Source: Acidimicrobiia bacterium
GTDB taxonomy: Bacteria; Actinomycetota; Acidimicrobiia; IMCC26256; PALSA-610
NCBI GenBank assembly: GCA_036277635.1
Contig: DASUMP010000043.1
Coordinates: 1 to 50,872 of the forward strand
Length of the DNA stretch: 50,872 nt
Reading direction: 5' to 3'
The position numbers were made by a program, and so were the translations under genes. Below are positions 46,168 through 50,872 of this stretch, one piece after another. Under the pieces are notes generated by a model, which did no database searches, was not told where the DNA came from, and saw only the letters and a program-made list of their open reading frames with translations. Position 1 is the stretch's first letter. Every line of letters starts with the position of its first letter.

Positions 46168-47403
46168 TCAGGACGTGAACGGTTCGCCGAGGAGGAGCAC
46201 GCGTACCGAGCCGCCACGCTCCACCCCCTCGCCGTCGTCGAGCAGCGCGAGGCCGTTGGCCGCCGCCATCGCGGAGAGCACGTTGCTGCCTTGCGCGCCG
46301 GAGCGCGCGCACACGAGGCGGCCGCGGTCGGACCACACCCGCACGCGGTCGAGGTGCAGCTTCCCGTCGCGACGGCGAGTCAGGTCGTCGGCCGCGACCG
46401 CGGTGAGCTCGGGGCGGAACCAGTGTCGGTGACCGGTCATCCGCCGCAGCGCCGGTCGCGCGAACAGCTCGAAGCTGACGTGCGACGACACCGGGTTGCC
46501 GGGGAGGCCGAACACCGGCACGCCGCCGATCGTGCCGAACGCGAGCGGCTTCGCCGGCTTGATCGCGACCTGTGACCACACGAAGCCGCTGTCGGGTCGC
46601 TCGCTCGCGAGCCGCTCGAGCACGACCTTCACGTAGTCGAAATCGCCGACGGACACGCCACCGGTCGTGAGGAGCGCGTCGCACGACTCGAGCCCCGCGG
46701 TGATCGCGCTCGTGATCGCGGCCTCGTCGTCGCGCGCGAGGCCGAGGTCGACGGGGACTGCGCCGTTCTCGGCGACGAGCGCGAGCAGCATCGCCCGGTT
46801 CGAGTCGCGGATCTGCCCGGGCGCGAGCGGTCCCGACTCCACCAGCTCGTCGCCGGTCGAGAGCACCCCCACGCGTGCGGTCGGGTGGGCGAGCACGGTC
46901 TCGACACCGAGCGAGGCCAACACGCCGATGTGCGCGGCGCCGAGCACCGCGCCGGGCCCGAACACGACGGCGCCGGCGCCCACGTCGCCCCCCACCGGGC
47001 GCACGTGGTCGCCGCGTCGCGCCGGTTCGCGGACGAGCACGGCGTCGCCGTCGACTTCGGTGCGCTCGACCATCACGATCGCGTCGGCGCCGGGTGGTAC
47101 CGGCGCGCCGGTCATGATGCGGATCGCTTCGCCGGTGTCGACCGGAACCGACGGCGCGCGACCGGCGGGCAGCTCGTCGACGACGCGGAGGCGAACCGGC
47201 GTGGTCGGCGACGCGCCGTCGGTGTCGACGGCCCGCACGGCGTAGCCGTCCATCGCCGTGTTGGCGAACGGCGGCACCGGCTCGATCGCGGCGACCTCCT
47301 GGGCGAGCACGAGGCCGTGGGCGTCGCGGATCGCGAGCTCGCGCGGCGCGAGCGGTCGCACCGCGTCGACGATCCGGCGTTGCGCGTCGGCGAGCGCCTC
47401 CAC
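46168..47403 (-). CDS. moeA: Molybdopterin molybdotransferase MoeA (gephyrin-like)
   Basis: 411 aa. FANTAMDGYAV, IRIMTGAPVPPGADAIVMVE, LSTGDELV, LLTTGGVSVGDFDYVK, GLPGNPVSS. Confidence 0.9.
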   Translation of the reverse strand: MEALADAQRRIVDAVRPLAPRELAIRDAHGLVLAQEVAAIEPVPPFANTAMDGYAVRAVDTDGASPTTPVRLRVVDELPAGRAPSVPVDTGEAIRIMTGAPVPPGADAIVMVERTEVDGDAVLVREPARRGDHVRPVGGDVGAGAVVFGPGAVLGAAHIGVLASLGVETVLAHPTARVGVLSTGDELVESGPLAPGQIRDSNRAMLLALVAENGAVPVDLGLARDDEAAITSAITAGLESCDALLTTGGVSVGDFDYVKVVLERLASERPDSGFVWSQVAIKPAKPLAFGTIGGVPVFGLPGNPVSSHVSFELFARPALRRMTGHRHWFRPELTAVAADDLTRRRDGKLHLDRVRVWSDRGRLVCARSGAQGSNVLSAMAAANGLALLDDGEGVERGGSVRVLLLGEPFTS

Positions 47404-47414
47404 AGGCCGGCGGT

Positions 47415-48296
47415 TCAGACGATGCCGCGCCGGCGCACGATCTCGCCGAGGATCTCGGCGAAGTCGGGACCGAGGTCGGGACGGTCGAGCGCGAGTTCGA
47501 CGTTCGCACGCAGGAAGTCGAGCTTGTCGCCCACGTCGAAGCGGCCGTGCTCGACGACGAGGCCGTACACCGACTGGTCCTCGAGCAGCAACGCGATCGC
47601 GTCGGTGAGCTGGAGCTCGCCGTGCTTGCCGGGAGTGATCCGACCGAGCGCGTCGAAGATCTCGGGCGTGAACACGTAGCGACCCATGACGGCGAGGTTC
47701 GACGGCGCTTCGTCGGGGCTCGGCTTCTCCACGATGCTCCGCACCTCGACGAGACCCTCGTGCACCGGTTCGGGCTCGACGCAGCCGTACGACGAGATCT
47801 CGTTGGGTGCGACCTCTTGCACCGCGACGACCGACCGGCCGTAGCGCTCATGGACGTCGAGCATCGAGCGCAGCAACGCACCGTCGTCGACCATGATGTC
47901 GTCGGCGAGCAGCACCGCGAACGCCTCGTCGCCCACGTGCTCGCGCGCGACCAGGACCGCGTGGCCGAGCCCGAGCGGGTCGCGCTGGCGCACGTAGTGG
48001 ATGTCGGCGAGCTCCGACGACGCTTGCACCTCTTTCAGCAGCTCGGACTTCCCACGCTCGGCGAGGTGGTGCTCGAGCTCGAAGTTGCGGTCGAAGTGGT
48101 CTTCGATCGCCCGCTTGTTGCGACCGGTGATGATCAACACGTCGGTGAGGCCGGCGTGCGCGGCTTCCTCGACCACGTACTGGATCGACGGCTTGTCGAC
48201 GACCGGGAGCATCTCTTTGGGCGAGCTCTTGGTCGCGGGGAGGAAGCGCGTGCCGAGGCCGGCTGCTGGGATGACGGCCTTGCGCACCCGCGTCAT
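47415..48296 (-). CDS. galU: UTP--glucose-1-phosphate uridylyltransferase
   Basis: MTRVRKAVIPAAGLGTRFLPATKSSPKEMLPVVDKPSIQYVVEEA, VRQRDPLGLGHAV. Confidence 0.93.
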   Translation of the reverse strand: MTRVRKAVIPAAGLGTRFLPATKSSPKEMLPVVDKPSIQYVVEEAAHAGLTDVLIITGRNKRAIEDHFDRNFELEHHLAERGKSELLKEVQASSELADIHYVRQRDPLGLGHAVLVAREHVGDEAFAVLLADDIMVDDGALLRSMLDVHERYGRSVVAVQEVAPNEISSYGCVEPEPVHEGLVEVRSIVEKPSPDEAPSNLAVMGRYVFTPEIFDALGRITPGKHGELQLTDAIALLLEDQSVYGLVVEHGRFDVGDKLDFLRANVELALDRPDLGPDFAEILGEIVRRRGIV

Positions 48297-48338
48297 GACG
48301 ATGCTCCTCCCGGGCCGACCATGCTACGGGCCCGTCCC

Positions 48339-48941
48339 CTACTGATCGGCCGGCGAACCGAAAAGGTCATGCTCCTGCCGACGGACGAGGCGCACGATGT
48401 TGCCGCGGTGCAGCACCAGGACGAACGCGGCCACGACGCACAGGAACGCCACTTCGACGCCGGGGTAGCCGAATGCCGCGGCCAGCACCGGGAACAGCAC
48501 GGTGATGACGATCGAGCCGAGCGACGCCTTCCGGGTGAGCCCGACGACCGCCAGCCACACGCCGAGCAGGATCGCGGCGACGGCGGGGAACGTCACGAGG
48601 AGCCACCCGCCGGCGGTCGCGACTCCCTTGCCGCCCTTGCGCCGGTAGATGGGGAAGGTGTGGCCGAGGACCGCCGCGATCCCGAGCACGAAAGCGCCGG
48701 CCCGACCTCCCGCCGCCAGACCCACACCGGCGGCGAGGGCGCCTTTGGCGACGTCGGTCGCCAGCACGAGGGCGCCGGCGCGCGGCCCGAGCACCCTGAT
48801 GACGTTGGAGGTGCCCGGGTTGCCCGAGCCCTCCTTCGTGATGTCGTGACCCTTCGCCCGGGCGACCAGCAGCGCACTCGGGAACGTCCCGAGCAACCAG
48901 GCGACGGGGACGAGCAGCGCCACGAGGAGCATCGCGGGCAT
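48339..48941 (-). CDS. plsY: Glycerol-3-phosphate acyltransferase PlsY
   Basis: 200 aa, multi-TM. GSGNPGTSNVIRVLG and HTFPIYRRKGGKGVATAGG motifs. Confidence 0.9.
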   Translation of the reverse strand: MPAMLLVALLVPVAWLLGTFPSALLVARAKGHDITKEGSGNPGTSNVIRVLGPRAGALVLATDVAKGALAAGVGLAAGGRAGAFVLGIAAVLGHTFPIYRRKGGKGVATAGGWLLVTFPAVAAILLGVWLAVVGLTRKASLGSIVITVLFPVLAAAFGYPGVEVAFLCVVAAFVLVLHRGNIVRLVRRQEHDLFGSPADQ

Positions 48942-49064
48942 TGTCGCGCCCGGTCGTCGCGGCGCATGCGACGCACTACGATTGGCACTCGATCACGGTG
49001 AGTGCCAGCGCGCCGACCCCGGGAGGCCCCGGGACCCGGCGACGCACGACGGCCGGGAGGCCCG

Positions 49065-49433
49065 ATGCCGACGTACGACTACCGGTGCACCAAGTGCGAG
49101 CAGCACATCGAGGTGTACCAGTCGTTCTCCGAGGCCCCCCTCACGAAGCACCAGGAGTGCGGCGGCAAGCTGGTGAAGGTGCTGTCGCCCGCCGGGATCG
49201 TGCTCAAGGGCTCGGGGTTCTACAAGAACGACAGCCGCGACTCGTCACGGTCCCGCTCGAAGGCGAAGTCGTCGAGCTCCGAGTCGACCTCGTCGGGGTC
49301 GGGATCGGCGGCGGGCGACGCGAAGTCGTCGGACTCCTCGAGCTCGTCGGGCGGTTCCACGTCGACCGATTCCTCGTCGACGTCGAGCGACGCGAAGGCG
49401 AAGTCGTCGGGCTCGACCGCGAAGTCGGCCTGA
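49065..49433 (+). CDS. FmdB-family zinc-ribbon protein with a Ser-rich disordered tail (Ruc/Rv0991c-like)
   Basis: MPTYDYRCTKCEQHIEVYQSFSEAPLTKHQECGGKLVKVLSPAGIVLKGSGFYKNDSR, followed by a ~65-aa Ser/Lys/Asp-rich tail. GGGAGG RBS. ATG 49065; the track start 49002 was rejected. Confidence 0.85.
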   Translation: MPTYDYRCTKCEQHIEVYQSFSEAPLTKHQECGGKLVKVLSPAGIVLKGSGFYKNDSRDSSRSRSKAKSSSSESTSSGSGSAAGDAKSSDSSSSSGGSTSTDSSSTSSDAKAKSSGSTAKSA

Positions 49434-49449
49434 GCCCGCCGCTCGCGCG

Positions 49450-50262
49450 ATGGGCGACGAGCGCGCCGAGATCGGCATCTTCGGTGGCTCCGGCTTCTAC
49501 TCGTTCCTCGAGGGCGCGACCGACGTCGAGCTGAGCACGCCGTTCGGCGCGCCCAGCGCGCCGATCACTGTCGGAGACCTCGGCGGTCGTCGCGTCGCGT
49601 TCTTGCCCCGCCACGGACGCCAGCACCAGTTCGCCCCCCACGCCATCCCGGCGCGTGCGAACGTCTGGGCGCTGCGCGCGCTCGGCGTCCACACCGTGCT
49701 CGGTCCGTGCGCGGCCGGGTCGCTGACCGCGCCGATCGCCCCCGGCGACTTCGTCGTCGTCGACCAGCTCGTCGACCGCACGTGGGGTCGCGCCGACACG
49801 TTCTACGACGCGGGCGCGACCCACCACGTCACGTTCGCCGACCCCTACTGCCCCGTCGTGCGCGAGGTCGCGATCGCGACCGCACGCGCCACCGGCGTGA
49901 CGGTGCACGACCGGGGAACCATGGTCGTCATCAACGGCCCCCGCTTCTCGACCCGCGCCGAGTCTCGGTGGTTCCGGGCCCAGGGGTGGGAGGTGGTCGG
50001 GATGACGCAGTACCCGGAGGCCGCGCTGGTCCGTGAGCTCGGGCTGCACTACGGCGGCATCGCGCTGATCACCGACTACGACACGGGGGTGGAGGACGAC
50101 CCCGGCATCGATCCCGTGAGCCACGACCAGGTCCTCGCGGCCTTCGAAGCGAACCTCACGCGCGTGCGCGAGGTGCTCACCGCGCTCGTGCCCGCGCTGC
50201 CCGCGCCACCCACCGGCTGTTCCTGCGCGCAGGCCCTGGGTCCGTTGCACCCCTACGAGTAA
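49450..50262 (+). CDS. mtnP: S-methyl-5'-thioadenosine phosphorylase
   Basis: IGIFGGSGFY..., FLPRHGRQHQFAPHAIPARANVWALRALGV, VVGMTQYPEAALVRELGLHYGGIALITDYD. Confidence 0.9.
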   Translation: MGDERAEIGIFGGSGFYSFLEGATDVELSTPFGAPSAPITVGDLGGRRVAFLPRHGRQHQFAPHAIPARANVWALRALGVHTVLGPCAAGSLTAPIAPGDFVVVDQLVDRTWGRADTFYDAGATHHVTFADPYCPVVREVAIATARATGVTVHDRGTMVVINGPRFSTRAESRWFRAQGWEVVGMTQYPEAALVRELGLHYGGIALITDYDTGVEDDPGIDPVSHDQVLAAFEANLTRVREVLTALVPALPAPPTGCSCAQALGPLHPYE

Positions 50263-50352
50263 CCTCGACCCTGTCGGCAGGGCCGACCACCTTCCCCCAC
50301 GGCTCCTCACGAACGTCGGTCACCGGCGTTCGTCGCCTCGGAAGGGTTCCCC

Positions 50353-50872
50353 GTGCGTCGCTCTCCTCGCGTGGTCCTCACGTGGGCCGCCGCTGTCGTC
50401 GTCGCGCTCGGCACCGCGCGAGTCGTCGCCACCGATCTCGCGGTGCTCCACACACGCGCGCGCGAGCTCGACGCGATCGAGCGCGTCGTCGTCGCGACTC
50501 GAGATCTCCCACTCGGAGCAGTGCTCGCCGACGACGACGTCCGCACCGTCGAGCTCGCGGGCGCGCTCGCGCGGCGCGCGCTCACCGACACCGGCGCGGC
50601 GATCGGACGCGTGGTCGTGGTGCCGGTCGTGCGGGGCGCACCGCTGCTCCCCGCCCAGCTCGCACCCGCGCGGCGAGGGGCGCTCGACGCCGTCGTCCCC
50701 CGCGGGATGCGCGTCGTGCACGTGCGCGTCGAGCCGGGGCTCGACCCGCCCGCCGGGTCCGTCGTCGACGTCCTGGCCACGTTCGACCCCACGCTCGTCG
50801 TCGAGGCCGGCGGCGGCGAGCCGACGATCACCGTCGTACGAGCGGCGACCGTGCTCGACACCGCGGCTCCCG
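50353..50872 (+). CDS. cpaB: Flp/Tad pilus assembly protein CpaB-like (SAF domain), N-terminal part; runs off the window
   Basis: My own translation from GTG 50353: VRRSPRVVLTWAAAVVVALGTARVVATDLAVLHTRARELDAIERVVVATRDLPLGAVLADDDVRTVELAG.... It shows a TM anchor followed by a SAF-like segment. Not in the ORF track because there is no stop. The opposite-strand ORFs 50307..50861 and 50320..50721 are shadows. Confidence 0.6.
   Translation, partial: MRRSPRVVLTWAAAVVVALGTARVVATDLAVLHTRARELDAIERVVVATRDLPLGAVLADDDVRTVELAGALARRALTDTGAAIGRVVVVPVVRGAPLLPAQLAPARRGALDAVVPRGMRVVHVRVEPGLDPPAGSVVDVLATFDPTLVVEAGGGEPTITVVRAATVLDTAAP

Noticed and set aside
50307-50861. Minus-strand ORFs 50307..50861 and 50320..50721 at the right edge.
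   Set aside because: These are Thr/Ser/Arg/Ala-rich shadows. The plus-strand frame from GTG 50353 gives a sensible TM-plus-SAF-like protein.

Overview
High-GC (roughly 70%) chromosomal window from an actinobacterium. Support for that: micro-genes for the Actinobacteria-specific ribosomal proteins bS22 and bL37, and a mycobacteria-like gene order (eno-mazG-mfd-pth-rplY-prs-glmU ... ispE-rsmA-tatD-metG-rsmI, and ruc-like/galU/moeA). I count about 56 protein genes and 2 tRNAs (Gln-TTG, Ala-CGC). There is no rRNA, no CRISPR array and no intact mobile element. Positions 1-18 kb are core housekeeping operons on the minus strand, with many 4-nt ATGA/GTGA start/stop overlaps. Positions 18-42 kb are accessory. 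Positions 42-51 kb carry Moco biosynthesis, galU, plsY, a Ruc/FmdB-like zinc ribbon, mtnP and the start of a Tad/Flp pilus locus. Because of the GC content, the six-frame track is full of long shadow ORFs (Arg/Pro/Ala-rich), which I rejected. Gene starts were refined by eye from RBS-like purine tracts and start/stop overlaps. Most interesting items: (1) A selenoprotein gene (UGSC motif) with an in-frame TGA and a perfect SECIS-like hairpin. It sits in a tight three-gene operon with a thioredoxin-fused protein of unknown function and a NIPSNAP-like protein. (2) A split PEP-utilising (rifampicin-phosphotransferase/PEP-synthase-like) phosphotransferase whose ATP-grasp half is fused to a cyclic-nucleotide-binding domain, followed by a DUF4242-class III nucleotide cyclase fusion. 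(3) Two paralogous His/Trp/Cys-rich extracytoplasmic proteins of an unassigned family. They bracket a block that contains a single-pass membrane vWA protein. (4) A YchF homolog with its P-loop and G3 motifs destroyed. (5) An N-terminal-only TnpB-like relic under a palindrome-rich divergent Rrf2 promoter. All homology calls come from reading the translations and from memory. No searches or computations were run.
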